Shown here: positions 27,291 to 37,552 of the stretch, piece by piece
Layout: every line of letters begins with the position of its first letter
Numbering within the stretch: the first letter of the stretch is position 1
NCBI GenBank assembly: GCA_018304505.1
Contig: JAGVWA010000001.1
Location: forward strand, 68,363-132,362
DNA: 64,000 nucleotides
From: Nanobdellati archaeon
Lineage (GTDB): Archaea; B1Sed10-29; JAGVWA01
Direction: 5' to 3'
Program-made: the position numbers and the translations under genes
Notes under the pieces: model-generated
What the model was told of the DNA's origin: nothing
The model's database searches: none
Seen by the model: only the letters and a program-made list of their open reading frames with translations

Positions 27291-28726
27291 TTTCAAAACA
27301 GCTATTCATAATCGCAGTGCTCCTGATTTTCATTAGCGGAAGCGCAATTCGCGTGGCCCCAACTATTGTTTACGACAAGCCCCTTAAGTACGACTCATAC
27401 TATCACGTACGCGTGGCAGAACTACTTAAAGAAACCGGCAACATTCCCGAAGTTTTTCCATATCCAAAGACGGGCAGGCCCCACCTTTATCCTCCACTGT
27501 ACCACGTCCTGCTCGGGTTTATCAGCTTTGCCATCGGCCTCTCTGTTATCGATTCTGTTCGGTTGCTACTGCCGTTCATGGCGTCCATAATACCGATAGG
27601 CGTGCTGTGGTTTGCCACAAAACGATATAATTACTCCACCACAGCCCTGCTTGCGATGTTCTTCGTCTCATTCAGCCCCTTCTTTTTAACGTCAAGCTTC
27701 GATTCGCCAGAACTGATCAGCATCTTCATAAGCATCTTTGCAATAAACTATTTTCTCCAAGAAAAGTACATGCAGGCCAGCATGCTCTACGGCGTCAGCT
27801 TCCTGTTCAGCGCACTATCATCAATTTACACCGCAATCCCCCTCGTGATTCTGTTGCTTTCAGAGAAAAATTTCAAAAAAATCGCTATCCTGCTTTCAAT
27901 ACCTGCCGTTACAATGGCAGCATGGTATTTGCCGAGATTTGAGCTACTGTACGCATTCGACAATTCCTTCGGCACGATCTTTGTAGAAAAAACGATAGAC
28001 TTCTGGACCAAATTTTACACGCCATTCATTGTTGGCTCTGTCATCTCGGCCTTTGCGCTGTTCAATTTGCAAATGGACAGGACAAGGAAGCTTTGGATCA
28101 TCTGGACGCTGTTCTTCATCACTGTATTCTTAACGCATTTCGTGACGCCGGCGTTCCACCCCTGGCGCATGCCCATCTACCTGAACCTCGGCTTTGCATT
28201 CCTGTTAAGTGACACACTGACACATAATCGGCACAGGCTCAAGTCCCTATTTGCGATCTTCTTCGTCCTTTCATTCTTCTTGATAAGCATGAACGTATAC
28301 GAGTCAAGGATACTCAAGCCCCCATTGCCGAATAATGAGTACGACATGATCTCGTGGATTGACAAGAGCATCCCGAATGACAAAAACGTCCTCTCGGGCT
28401 ACGTGTTCTGCAGTAACTTAATGACGTTCAGCGACAACAATTGCCTCCTCGATACGTATTTTGAAAGCATTCCAAACAAGACTGCGTGGTTCGATTACGA
28501 AAACTTCTTCTGGAACTCGAACATCCAATTCACGCAACGTGTTTTCGATAACTATGACATTGACTACATAGCGTTTTCAAGCCAGGACTGGGGGCAAGAG
28601 CTCGTGAACGACTTTGACTCAGAAAAACTATACGCGACGTGGGAGTGCAAACTCAATTGTCTTCGTGATGCCTCGGTGTACAAGCTTAATAAGCAAAACG
28701 GCACAGTGAAATACTTAGGTGGTTAA
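27287..28726 (+). CDS. GT-C fold membrane glycosyltransferase, AglB/STT3-like or ArnT/PMT-like
   Basis: 479 aa, ~11 TM. Loop-1 motif YDSYYHVR resembles the D-x-Y-Y-H-x-R motif of oligosaccharyltransferases. The C-terminal soluble domain carries WFDYE, a variant of WWDYG. Confidence 0.5.
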   Translation: MISKQLFIIAVLLIFISGSAIRVAPTIVYDKPLKYDSYYHVRVAELLKETGNIPEVFPYPKTGRPHLYPPLYHVLLGFISFAIGLSVIDSVRLLLPFMASIIPIGVLWFATKRYNYSTTALLAMFFVSFSPFFLTSSFDSPELISIFISIFAINYFLQEKYMQASMLYGVSFLFSALSSIYTAIPLVILLLSEKNFKKIAILLSIPAVTMAAWYLPRFELLYAFDNSFGTIFVEKTIDFWTKFYTPFIVGSVISAFALFNLQMDRTRKLWIIWTLFFITVFLTHFVTPAFHPWRMPIYLNLGFAFLLSDTLTHNRHRLKSLFAIFFVLSFFLISMNVYESRILKPPLPNNEYDMISWIDKSIPNDKNVLSGYVFCSNLMTFSDNNCLLDTYFESIPNKTAWFDYENFFWNSNIQFTQRVFDNYDIDYIAFSSQDWGQELVNDFDSEKLYATWECKLNCLRDASVYKLNKQNGTVKYLGG

Positions 28727-30212
28727 AGACGGTGATCGAAAAATGAACAAGAAAATATTGTGGATATCCCTAGCATTTCTGATACTCTACTCCACGCCGC
28801 AACTACTGCGCGACGTGTACCTTGACGGAAACCTGATAGGCTTCACCACATATTTCCACGAACGCTCTGCAGAGAACCTTTTGCAGGGACAATTCTATGA
28901 TAACCTTAGCTTTGGAGGCAGGCCGTACACATACCCCCCTGGATTCCACGTGCTCCTAGCCCTGTTAATGCCAATAGGCAAATACCTAGTTCCATTGTTC
29001 GGCGCCATCGGAATAGTTGTTTGTTATTTCTTCAGCAAGCAGATAGGGCTGAGCGAAAAAGAGGCAACCCTTGCATCGGTTTTCCTTGGAATAATTCCAG
29101 GGTTCTTCTACTTGTCTAGCCACATCAATCCAAGGCTGCCGGCACTGGTTGCGCTTGTTGCGGCGTTTTACTTCCTGCAGAAAACAGAAATGAGAGACAA
29201 ACTCGCCGCAGCATTGCTCTTGTCATTTGTTTTCCTGCTGCACCCATTGGTTGGCTTCACTGGCCTTGTTTTCGGCGCAGTCCTGTTTAACAAGAACAAA
29301 ATCGCCATTCCGTACGCAATCGCCCTTGGCGCATTCGCATTATGGTTTATCCCTTTCACTTACGCCAATGGTCTTCCGATGCCGAGCGAGTTCTACAGCA
29401 ACTACTCTGAATTGCAGCGCGGGGTTCAATACTTTATTTACGAAACAGGCACAGCTGGCGACAGCGTCGGCATAATAATGCTTGCCATCGCAGCTTTCGG
29501 CTTGTTCAAGGTCTCTGGGAAAGAAGAGCGGACCATTGCACGGTGGTTCGTTCTCGCCGTTGTTGCAGCATTGGTGCTGGGAAATAGGCTTGATGAACAA
29601 ATCCTGTTCCCGACAGCGATTTTGATGAGCATTGTCATTTCCAGGCATTTAGCTGACTTTGAAAAATCATTCAACCTGAATAAATTCATAGCCCGAAGCA
29701 AGTTAAAGATGCTCTTCAGCGTGTACTGCATTGGCCTTGTTGCCGCGGTTTTCATCAACATGACGACTTTCATGCCCTACCAGAATGACTACCATGCGTT
29801 GCAGTGGATCAAGCTCAACACCCCGCAGGACGCGGTCGTGGCGAGCGCGTGGGAACTGGGGCACTGGGTCACTGGAATCGCAGAGCGAAAGAACATTATT
29901 GACGCGTATGCAGAGTATGCGCCTGAAATTGACGAGCGCTACAAGGATGTGCAGAACATCTTCTTTTCATCCGATGTTGATGAAGTGCTCCCCATCCTCA
30001 GGAAATACAACATAACATACATATACTATCGCGTAACTGAACTAAACCACTGTTCGGGCCTGCCGTTCCTGACAAGATCAGGGTACTTAGACACGGTTTT
30101 TCAAGAGGCGTCTGCTGATGGCAGATCAACAAGCTTAGTTTTCAAGATTGAGTATAGTGGTACCAACGCAAAACAAGACCTGTGCAGCTCATTAATAGCT
30201 TCAAGCAAATAG
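28719..30212 (+). CDS. Paralogous GT-C fold membrane glycosyltransferase
   Basis: 497 aa, multi-TM. YFHERSAENL loop resembles the previous protein. Probable start is at M9 (28743). Confidence 0.5.
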   Translation: MVKDGDRKMNKKILWISLAFLILYSTPQLLRDVYLDGNLIGFTTYFHERSAENLLQGQFYDNLSFGGRPYTYPPGFHVLLALLMPIGKYLVPLFGAIGIVVCYFFSKQIGLSEKEATLASVFLGIIPGFFYLSSHINPRLPALVALVAAFYFLQKTEMRDKLAAALLLSFVFLLHPLVGFTGLVFGAVLFNKNKIAIPYAIALGAFALWFIPFTYANGLPMPSEFYSNYSELQRGVQYFIYETGTAGDSVGIIMLAIAAFGLFKVSGKEERTIARWFVLAVVAALVLGNRLDEQILFPTAILMSIVISRHLADFEKSFNLNKFIARSKLKMLFSVYCIGLVAAVFINMTTFMPYQNDYHALQWIKLNTPQDAVVASAWELGHWVTGIAERKNIIDAYAEYAPEIDERYKDVQNIFFSSDVDEVLPILRKYNITYIYYRVTELNHCSGLPFLTRSGYLDTVFQEASADGRSTSLVFKIEYSGTNAKQDLCSSLIASSK

Positions 30213-31280
30213 TTCTTCAATAGCAACAGTTGCATAGCTGCCCTTAGGCAACTCGAATTGTACGACCTTGTATTCCTGAGTTGACTCGAGCACGTTGAAG
30301 TTTCTCAATTCGACATACAGCGCCCTTCTGTGGCCCTTTGAGGAAAGCTCTTTTAGCTCGCGAATTTCGAACGCCCCTTTTTCCAAACCGTGCTTTTCGA
30401 AAACTTCCCGTTCGAGGGGATTCATAAACTTTGTCTGCGAGCCAAACAGCGGGCCGTCTGTGTAATTCAGTTTTCGTTCAATAACAATGTCCAAGAACTC
30501 ATTGAAGAGCCTTGACTGGAACGCATGCACAAACATCTTCTTTATGCGCCTCGGCAGGCTGTTTATCGCCCCTCTGAAATCCCCCGGGTTCGCGTCAAGA
30601 TATCCAAGTAAGGTGCGCTCGTATTTCAAATGCATTGGGTAGTACTGCAGCGCCCCGTGGAAGTCTCCCCAATTATCTACAAGTTTGCGCCTCGCGTCCA
30701 GCGATTCTTTTTCCTCTTTTTCATGTATGTCACAGAGATAGATTTTCACGGCCTGTTCATAATTACGCTTTAAGATCTGCCCCCCCACCACGTCAGTTAT
30801 AGCCCGGGTTTTTCCAAAGCGCTGCTCTCCAAAGTAGTTTGGTATTTTAGTAACACTGCGCGGTTCTCTTTCAGTGTACACCTTAATCGTGAACTTGTTG
30901 CCTGAGAGATCGCCGAGCATTATTTGGGCATCTGAAAAATAAATGGGCTGCAGTTCAATGTCGCGTATCCGAATGCCTTTTAATTCCCCGATCTTTTCAG
31001 CCGGCAATGATACCCTCTGTGCTGTTACTGCTTTTTTGTCCTTGGTTCCAGCAATGCCGATTTTGTTGTGGCTCATCCTGAGTTGCTTGGCGATGGCCTT
31101 CAGGGCCTGCTGGTTATCCCAGTTTGTTTTTTGTAATTTACAAATTAGGTATTCCCCCTTCGACGTAGAATCAAAGGATTCAGGCGTGTTGATTTTCATT
31201 ACCTGGGCTTGTGGCGTTATCTCCTCTACTATGAAGTCTTCGGGTGACTTCTTGATTTCGTAGGCCTGTTTATCTGGCAT
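30201..31280 (-). CDS. truD: tRNA pseudouridine synthase TruD/Pus7
   Basis: Catalytic motif IGIAGTKDKKAVTAQ (GxKD) and NYFGEQRFG motif. Confidence 0.8.
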   Translation of the reverse strand: MPDKQAYEIKKSPEDFIVEEITPQAQVMKINTPESFDSTSKGEYLICKLQKTNWDNQQALKAIAKQLRMSHNKIGIAGTKDKKAVTAQRVSLPAEKIGELKGIRIRDIELQPIYFSDAQIMLGDLSGNKFTIKVYTEREPRSVTKIPNYFGEQRFGKTRAITDVVGGQILKRNYEQAVKIYLCDIHEKEEKESLDARRKLVDNWGDFHGALQYYPMHLKYERTLLGYLDANPGDFRGAINSLPRRIKKMFVHAFQSRLFNEFLDIVIERKLNYTDGPLFGSQTKFMNPLEREVFEKHGLEKGAFEIRELKELSSKGHRRALYVELRNFNVLESTQEYKVVQFELPKGSYATVAIEELFA

Positions 31281-31283
31281 GCC

Positions 31284-32003
31284 TTACCACTGCTCTTTGT
31301 GCAATAGGTCTTTAGGGATGCCGTTTTCTTCAAGCATGCTTATCATGGCTTCTGCAAACTGCGGAGAGCCGCAGACGTAGTAATGGCACTCCGCTGGTTT
31401 TTCAACGTACTTCTTGACCATTTCGTAATCTATTCTGCGAGCTTCCCCATCCAGAGTTTCGCCTTCAGCCAAACGGGTAAACGCATTAACTACTACGATT
31501 TTTTCTTTTGGCACGCCCCTCAATTCCTGGAACTCGGTTTTACACAAGAGCATGTCCTTGTTTTTGCACGAGAAGAAAAAGTAAATCTGCTTTGGAAAGC
31601 CACTTTCCAGTAAGAACTTTGCCATGCTCCTTAACGGCGTTATTCCTGTTCCAGCACCGAGCAGCACCACTGGCCTTGTTTTGTCGTCAAGCAGGTTGAA
31701 CTTACCAAATGGCCCATGCACGTTGATTTCTCCACCGATCACGAGTTGATCCTTGAGCTTGTTTGTGAATTTTCCTTCTATGCCTATGATTAGCTCAATT
31801 TTGTCTGTGACATTTGGTGAGCTGGCTATCGAATACGACCGTTTAAGGTTCGGCTCATCGTCGAAGAACAGCATCACGAATTGCCCGGGAATGAACCTAA
31901 AATCATTAACAGGCAACTTGAGCGTGAATTTGTATACCGTTGGCGCGTCTTCTTCGATCTTCGCGAGTGTGGCTTTCAGAATTCTCGGTTTTGATGACTC
32001 CAT
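31284..32003 (-). CDS. FAD/NAD(P)-binding oxidoreductase (ferredoxin-NADP reductase / PyrK-like)
   Basis: RSYSIAS (RxYS FAD-binding) and GAGTGITP (NAD-binding) motifs. Confidence 0.6.
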   Translation of the reverse strand: MESSKPRILKATLAKIEEDAPTVYKFTLKLPVNDFRFIPGQFVMLFFDDEPNLKRSYSIASSPNVTDKIELIIGIEGKFTNKLKDQLVIGGEINVHGPFGKFNLLDDKTRPVVLLGAGTGITPLRSMAKFLLESGFPKQIYFFFSCKNKDMLLCKTEFQELRGVPKEKIVVVNAFTRLAEGETLDGEARRIDYEMVKKYVEKPAECHYYVCGSPQFAEAMISMLEENGIPKDLLHKEQW

Positions 32004-32066
32004 ACAATCGTCCGCTCCATTGCCATTTGATTACTTACACGGATTACTTACCTTTTATTATTTACA

Positions 32067-34829
32067 TTACTTGTACCGAAGCATTGCGCCGATTCCGCCG
32101 AAGCCCTGCAGGAACTTCCTCCCAGCTTCTGTTTCCGTTGAAATTATTTCAATCTCCGCGCCGGTTTGTTCAGCAAGTTCAATGAACACATCGACTAAAT
32201 CCTTAAGTTCCACTTCCTGTTTTGCATTGCATTCCTTGCAAACGTGGTTCTCCTTGTTGAACTGAAAAACGCTTTTTACTGTTTGCTCCTCAACATGCCC
32301 ATTCGTGCACGTCATGGTTGCGCGCTTCCAGTCAATGTCCTCGGACAGCAAAACCAACTTGGCCTGCCCATTTAGTAGGACCTGCTTTACAATCTCTTCC
32401 CCATACACAGCCAAACCTTTTTTGGCGGCCTCCGCGATGAAGTCCTCGACGAGTTTCATTTCCTTGTGTATCTCCAGGTCCTTGATCAGGCCCTCTGACA
32501 TGTTCACTGCTTCCTGAATTCCAAATTCGTCTGTGTAGCCCGTATCGACAATGCCAATGAACTTGGCGGTGATGTTGTTGTGCAGGTTCGAGTTTTTCGC
32601 GAACGCGTGCTTAGTGGGCCCGCTGCCCCCGAGTATGATGCCCGTGATTTTCTCGTCTGCAAAGATCTCATTCATTGATTCTGCGATTTCCTTGAAAAAC
32701 AATTCTGCTTGTTCTTCTATTAGGCGATCGAAACGCAGGGCTGAATTGTGTACCACGAGATTGTTGGCTACAAAGGATTCGGTAGCCGGAACCGCCAAGT
32801 CCCAGTACTTTCCTGTTGGGTTTTCAAGCACCTGTTTTTCCTTAACCTCTACCTGCATAAGTTCTGAGGCTCCGATTTTTTCCAGCAGGTTTAGGTATGA
32901 ACGCTCTTCAAAAGACAATAGCTTACCGTGAAGCGCTTTTTTGGCGGCTGAGACAATGTTTTTGTTGTAAACCTTGAAACTGATGTTCCTGTGCCCGTTC
33001 AAAAACCCATTTGCTGCCTGAAACATGGTGGCTTTGAAGCCTAGCCGTAGTAACAGTTCTTTGATGAACCTTCCGCTTACAGGCACTTGGTCTGTGGTGC
33101 TCCTATAAGCCTCGGATAACTTTATCTTCGCTTGTTTTTTGGCGCTTGCAAACCCTATGTGCTCTTTAAAAAGTGCTCTTGAAGTTGGTTCTGAAATGTC
33201 GATTTCGAATTGGTTTGACTGCGCCTTGACTTTATAGTTTGGCTTTGAGATCACTGATGATATTATGCCAAAGCGCAATAGGAGTAATTGGATTTGCTTT
33301 ATCATTAGCTCGTTGGCCATTGCAAGGCAAATTCGTGACCCTCGGCATGAATCCCCTGTTTTTCTGTTGTTGACGTAGCCCTCGCCATCGAATAACCCTC
33401 TGAGGAAACCTTTCAATACCCGGTTTTCTGCCCTCATGATTTTCTCGGGAACGCTTATGGTCTTGCTTTTCTTTTCGAGTTCGGGGAAATTCATAACTAA
33501 GAAATCCCGGAAGTCGAGGCTGTGGATGGATACGACGTAATGGCCTTTGCTTGGCCTGTTTCTCATCGAGGGTTTGAGGCCTGTGGTTTTTTCAACCAAT
33601 GTGCAGTAGTGCCCTGCCACTTGTTTGTCGCCTTCATATAGCCTGATTCTGTTCCGCTCAAGGTTGCCGTCTACGAGCATATACCCGACTAACTGGACCA
33701 AGTCGCTTGTTAGCGTTTCCTGAGCAATGAAGGGCTCGTACTTCGTCACGTATCTTGAAAAAAAGTCCTCCTTGTCGAGTCCATAAATCGCTAGTATCCG
33801 TTCTATTGTTGTGTCAAGTAAATCCGCTTTTCCTATCTCAAAGTTAGATAGTGTGGCTTGTGCAATGCCTGCTTTTTCGGCGGCATCCCGCTGAAGCATT
33901 TTCAGGGATTTGCGTTTGCTTATCAGTTGCTCTCTACCGCTGTTTGTTATTCTATAGACCAGCGGCAGTTGTTGAAGGCTTACAGGCCCTGTGTTGACAT
34001 AAATCTTTCTGACTGACAAAATCATATCCCCTTTTTCGATGTCTGCTGCCTGTTTTGCCCTGATGCCCGTATTGCCTAAGGTGAAGAAATAGTGCTCGGG
34101 TGTGGTGTTGATTTCAAGCTGGGGAGATGTTGTTCTGATAATGTAGGCTTCGTCGCTTGTTTTTGAAAACACTTGCTCGCACTTTTGGCACCCAAGCTTG
34201 AAGTTCACGTTGTCTGAAGACACGACAACGTCGCCCGCCTTCACGTGCTTTAGCGGCAAGATCACGCCATCTTGTCTCTGTATCAGCGTGTCTTCGTGCA
34301 GGCATTGCCCCCCTTTGTGGTGTTTTCCCGGCACTGTGGAGTGCATTTTTTTGATGATGTTTGACTGCTTGCCTTTCATGATCGCCAGGGTCGCCTCGCG
34401 GCGGTCCATTACCACGATGCCGTACTGATCCTTTGCCTCTAAGTATCGCTCTAGGGGCTCTACAAGAAATGTTGAGTCGCAGCGATAGGTCTGAATAGGT
34501 ATTGGGTCTTCAGGAGGCACTACTGTAAACACCTCAATTTTGTTGTCGATGCTGCCGGCGAAAATCGCTACGCCGTTCTCTGGCGGTTTATTGACCCCTT
34601 TAAGCATGTGCAGAATCCGCTCCAGGGCAGACTGCACGTTCTTTCTGGTCTGCTTCGACTTGATGTTCGAGGCTTGCCCCATCTCATCGCGCAGTTTGGC
34701 AACTACATCGTTAACATTGTAGCTCGGCGGAATGTAAACACTAATCAACTCTGTGCCCTGCCCGCGTAGCGTTTTCAGGTGCTTGAGCTTCTTCTGGAAC
34801 TCGTAGAACTCCCTTGAATGCCGTGCCAT
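32067..34829 (-). CDS. prf1: Peptide chain release factor aRF1 containing a 520-aa intein in the GGQ motif
   Basis: NIKS motif (ASNIKSKQTR). GGQ is followed by the intein Cys, and the sequence resumes SALRFDRL after VVHN. The extein is ~400 aa. Start trimmed to MARHSREFYEF. Confidence 0.85.
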   Translation of the reverse strand: MARHSREFYEFQKKLKHLKTLRGQGTELISVYIPPSYNVNDVVAKLRDEMGQASNIKSKQTRKNVQSALERILHMLKGVNKPPENGVAIFAGSIDNKIEVFTVVPPEDPIPIQTYRCDSTFLVEPLERYLEAKDQYGIVVMDRREATLAIMKGKQSNIIKKMHSTVPGKHHKGGQCLHEDTLIQRQDGVILPLKHVKAGDVVVSSDNVNFKLGCQKCEQVFSKTSDEAYIIRTTSPQLEINTTPEHYFFTLGNTGIRAKQAADIEKGDMILSVRKIYVNTGPVSLQQLPLVYRITNSGREQLISKRKSLKMLQRDAAEKAGIAQATLSNFEIGKADLLDTTIERILAIYGLDKEDFFSRYVTKYEPFIAQETLTSDLVQLVGYMLVDGNLERNRIRLYEGDKQVAGHYCTLVEKTTGLKPSMRNRPSKGHYVVSIHSLDFRDFLVMNFPELEKKSKTISVPEKIMRAENRVLKGFLRGLFDGEGYVNNRKTGDSCRGSRICLAMANELMIKQIQLLLLRFGIISSVISKPNYKVKAQSNQFEIDISEPTSRALFKEHIGFASAKKQAKIKLSEAYRSTTDQVPVSGRFIKELLLRLGFKATMFQAANGFLNGHRNISFKVYNKNIVSAAKKALHGKLLSFEERSYLNLLEKIGASELMQVEVKEKQVLENPTGKYWDLAVPATESFVANNLVVHNSALRFDRLIEEQAELFFKEIAESMNEIFADEKITGIILGGSGPTKHAFAKNSNLHNNITAKFIGIVDTGYTDEFGIQEAVNMSEGLIKDLEIHKEMKLVEDFIAEAAKKGLAVYGEEIVKQVLLNGQAKLVLLSEDIDWKRATMTCTNGHVEEQTVKSVFQFNKENHVCKECNAKQEVELKDLVDVFIELAEQTGAEIEIISTETEAGRKFLQGFGGIGAMLRYK
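32745..34304 (-). mobile_element. Intein with LAGLIDADG endonuclease and an embedded HTH_XRE domain, inserted between GGQ and S of aRF1
   Basis: Starts CLHEDTLIQ and ends LVVHN followed by Ser. LAGLIDADG blocks LVGYMLVDGN and GFLRGLFDGEGYVN. The XRE-type HTH is LKMLQRDAAEKAGIAQATLSNFEIGKADLLDTTIERILAIYGL. GC content is close to that of the host gene. Confidence 0.8.
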
Positions 34830-34924
34830 GCCGATTTCATCTCTGGTGTGTGCGCCTGTGTGCAAAGAAAAGTCTTATATTGGTATTATGGGTTCTGTTA
34901 ATTATAAATGTTTCAGGGTATATT

Positions 34925-35590
34925 ATGGTTGTTGTCGTCAGTCTCGGCGGGTCTCTCGTGTTCGACAAGAAACTCGATACTGGCTATTTGAAAAAGCTGG
35001 CTAGGTTACTCCGCGAGTCGAAAAAGCAATACTGCATCACTGTTGGAGGTGGAAAGATTTCCCGAGACTACATCTCTGCTGCGCGGGAGTTCAAGGAAAA
35101 CAACTTTGAACTTGACATGATCGCCATTCAACTTACTAAGGCCAACGCGCGCATTGCTGCATCTGCTTTTGGGGGCCTGTTCTTTGACAAGATCTCTGAG
35201 GCCGCGGACTTCATTGCTATTGAGGACAAAACCGTTGTGCTCGGCGGCACTTCGCCTGGGCAGAGCACAGACACTGTCGCAGCGCTGTTGGCCGAGGACA
35301 TTAAGGCAGAGCGCTTTGTCAACCTGAGCAACGTGAACGGGATTTATGATAAAGACCCGAAAAAGCGCGGTGCGAAGCTGATCAAGAAAATGACGCACAA
35401 AGACTTGACGAAATTTGCTTTTGAGAATGACGAGCGGCAGCCCGGAAAGCACTTCATCATCGACAGCATGGCTGCCAAGATTCTAGAACGGGCCAACATC
35501 GAGGGGCACTTTGTCAATGGAAAAAAATGGAAAGACGTGAAGCCTGCCTTGCTGGGCAAGCCTCACAGCGGCACCTTAGTCAAAAATTGA
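34925..35590 (+). CDS. pyrH: Amino-acid kinase family protein, probable archaeal uridylate kinase
   Basis: N-terminus MVVVVSLGGSL and GGTSPGQSTD motif; ~222 aa. Confidence 0.55.
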   Translation: MVVVVSLGGSLVFDKKLDTGYLKKLARLLRESKKQYCITVGGGKISRDYISAAREFKENNFELDMIAIQLTKANARIAASAFGGLFFDKISEAADFIAIEDKTVVLGGTSPGQSTDTVAALLAEDIKAERFVNLSNVNGIYDKDPKKRGAKLIKKMTHKDLTKFAFENDERQPGKHFIIDSMAAKILERANIEGHFVNGKKWKDVKPALLGKPHSGTLVKN

Positions 35591-35917
35591 GCGTTCGCTT
35601 GCCTGCCATGAACCCATTAAGTCTTGTCTTCCTGCTTCTTTTCTCGAGAAGCCATCCTCGGACCCCCCAATAACAGATCTCGGTTCTTGGCTTAGGTCAA
35701 CACCTGACGCGTTTGCGTAGAACGCTGCTGCATCTTCTGACGTAGTTGGGCCTTCCATTCGTGCCGTAAATAATTTGCCTCTACTATCTAACGGTTCTGG
35801 TAGTCGCCTCACGAGACCTATTATCTGCGCGCCATCCCTGTTGCTATCGATAATTACACTTCCCCGTGGGCCTTCCCATTGGTCGTCTTGTTGATTCCAC
35901 ATGCTGTATTCCTCCAC
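35576..35917 (-). CDS. hypothetical protein
   Basis: 113-aa ORF with no motif. Confidence 0.3.
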   Translation of the reverse strand: MEEYSMWNQQDDQWEGPRGSVIIDSNRDGAQIIGLVRRLPEPLDSRGKLFTARMEGPTTSEDAAAFYANASGVDLSQEPRSVIGGSEDGFSRKEAGRQDLMGSWQASERSIFD

Positions 35918-36032
35918 ACTGTTGATTTTTTGATTTATTTTACAGAATCGTAGCTAGGGTGAGCTTTCTGTAATAAAATTAAACTTCTCTTGTATTTAAA
36001 CATATCGGAGATATCGGGATTTGCCGACATCG

Positions 36033-36980
36033 CTAGGCTTGTAGCGCTTTTAAGGCCTCGTCGGGCAACAAAATGGGCTTTTTGTAGTTCTTCCAGTCAT
36101 CGATGACTATTCTTGGGCAGGCGGTAATGACAAAGGCGTCGTATGGCAAATACTCGATTACCTGGGGGCTGACGTGCTCGAGCTCGATCAAGGCTGAATT
36201 GGGGAGTTTTTCCTTGACCCTCTCAGCCGTGGCCATTAATCGCTGGCCCGGCTTGGTTGAAATGATGATTCCAAACGACTTGGCGTTGAAGGCCTTGCTT
36301 ATCCGGAGGTATTTTTCCTTCTCCCATGCCCCGCTCTCAAGTTCCTCGACTTCCCCGCTATACGGGTTGGCCTGAATCACTGGTTTTTTGGCCCAGTTCT
36401 CGATACCGAGGCTGTGGAATTTTCCTGAGCCTATGAAGAGAAATGAATCGACTTGTTCTTGGATCTCTATTGCAGCGCTTACGTCGCACCCCAGCACCTG
36501 CCCTGAGGCTGTGGCGCGCATAATGTCGCCGTTGGCGAAATTCTCACGCTGCTTGCCGCGGCTTAATACCGGAACTTTGCCCCTATTTTTCAAAAATTCC
36601 TGTACCTCGTTAAGTTGGTGAATGTGCTGCGAAGTCGTCAAAATGCCGATTTTTTGGCCTTTTAATACTGGAAGTGCCTTCTCGAGCAGTTCATCAATAC
36701 GAGATTGATAATGGCAAGGTATGTAGAGCACGTTGTCATTTGTTTTTATGAATTCGTTGTGGCCAAAGTGCACGGTCAGGTCGTAGCCGGTCTTGATGTC
36801 GCACGCGCCATAGCAGGGGTCGCTTTGCAGTATCAACATGGCCCCTGTGTCCTCTAGCGCCGTGGAGATGCCAGGGAATTCGCTCTTGAGGCCCTCCGGC
36901 AGCTGTACAAGCACGCGTTTCGCCTTATCTTGCAAGATTCTGGCTTTCACCTTGTCGAGTTCGAAATTGTACTGCCCCAT
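36033..36980 (-). CDS. dph2: Diphthamide biosynthesis enzyme Dph2
   Basis: Hallmarks VLVQLPEGLK, DPCYGACD and ITACPRI (three Cys ligands of the radical-SAM-like 4Fe-4S cluster). Confidence 0.8.
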   Translation of the reverse strand: MGQYNFELDKVKARILQDKAKRVLVQLPEGLKSEFPGISTALEDTGAMLILQSDPCYGACDIKTGYDLTVHFGHNEFIKTNDNVLYIPCHYQSRIDELLEKALPVLKGQKIGILTTSQHIHQLNEVQEFLKNRGKVPVLSRGKQRENFANGDIMRATASGQVLGCDVSAAIEIQEQVDSFLFIGSGKFHSLGIENWAKKPVIQANPYSGEVEELESGAWEKEKYLRISKAFNAKSFGIIISTKPGQRLMATAERVKEKLPNSALIELEHVSPQVIEYLPYDAFVITACPRIVIDDWKNYKKPILLPDEALKALQA

Positions 36981-37156
36981 TATATCCCATTAAATTTGCA
37001 GAACTGAGATGCGTATCAGAGTGCTTTTGTCGTCATTCTCTCCAATGTTGGAGATCGGTGGTTGTTCATTTCATCATCTACGCATATTATTTGCAACGAA
37101 TTGGTATATAAGGCTTGCGACACCCCTGCGCAGGGAATTTCCGCTCAGTGAAGCGT

Positions 37157-37552
37157 TTAGCACCTGAAACCGAAAATGCGCGAGGCATTACTCAAGAAAT
37201 ACCACGAGTCAGGCGACATGTTGGCTATGTTGATAATCTGCGGTGGGTCGCTTTTGTTCTGCACCTCAAAAACATCGAAGCCAGACGCGTTCAGGGTAAT
37301 GTTCACCATGGCCCCCAGGTCGCGGTTGGTGTAGACCGTAAAATGAACTTGGTCTATGTCCTCAAAACCCATGTTCTTGATCCAGATAGATGAGCCGTTG
37401 CACTTGTCAACCCTGATCTTGACAGCCTCCAAATTCGGGCTCCGCTGCTCCAGAAATGCGGGTATCGTGAACACGGTGATGATGAGTATTATTGTGAAAC
37501 TGAGGGCTGCTATAAACATGTAGCTCATTAGCGGCGTGATGGCTTTTCTCAT
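37157..37552 (-). CDS. membrane-anchored hypothetical protein (possible class III signal peptide)
   Basis: 131 aa with an N-terminal hydrophobic segment and several N-x-S/T sequons. Confidence 0.35.
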   Translation of the reverse strand: MRKAITPLMSYMFIAALSFTIILIITVFTIPAFLEQRSPNLEAVKIRVDKCNGSSIWIKNMGFEDIDQVHFTVYTNRDLGAMVNITLNASGFDVFEVQNKSDPPQIINIANMSPDSWYFLSNASRIFGFRC

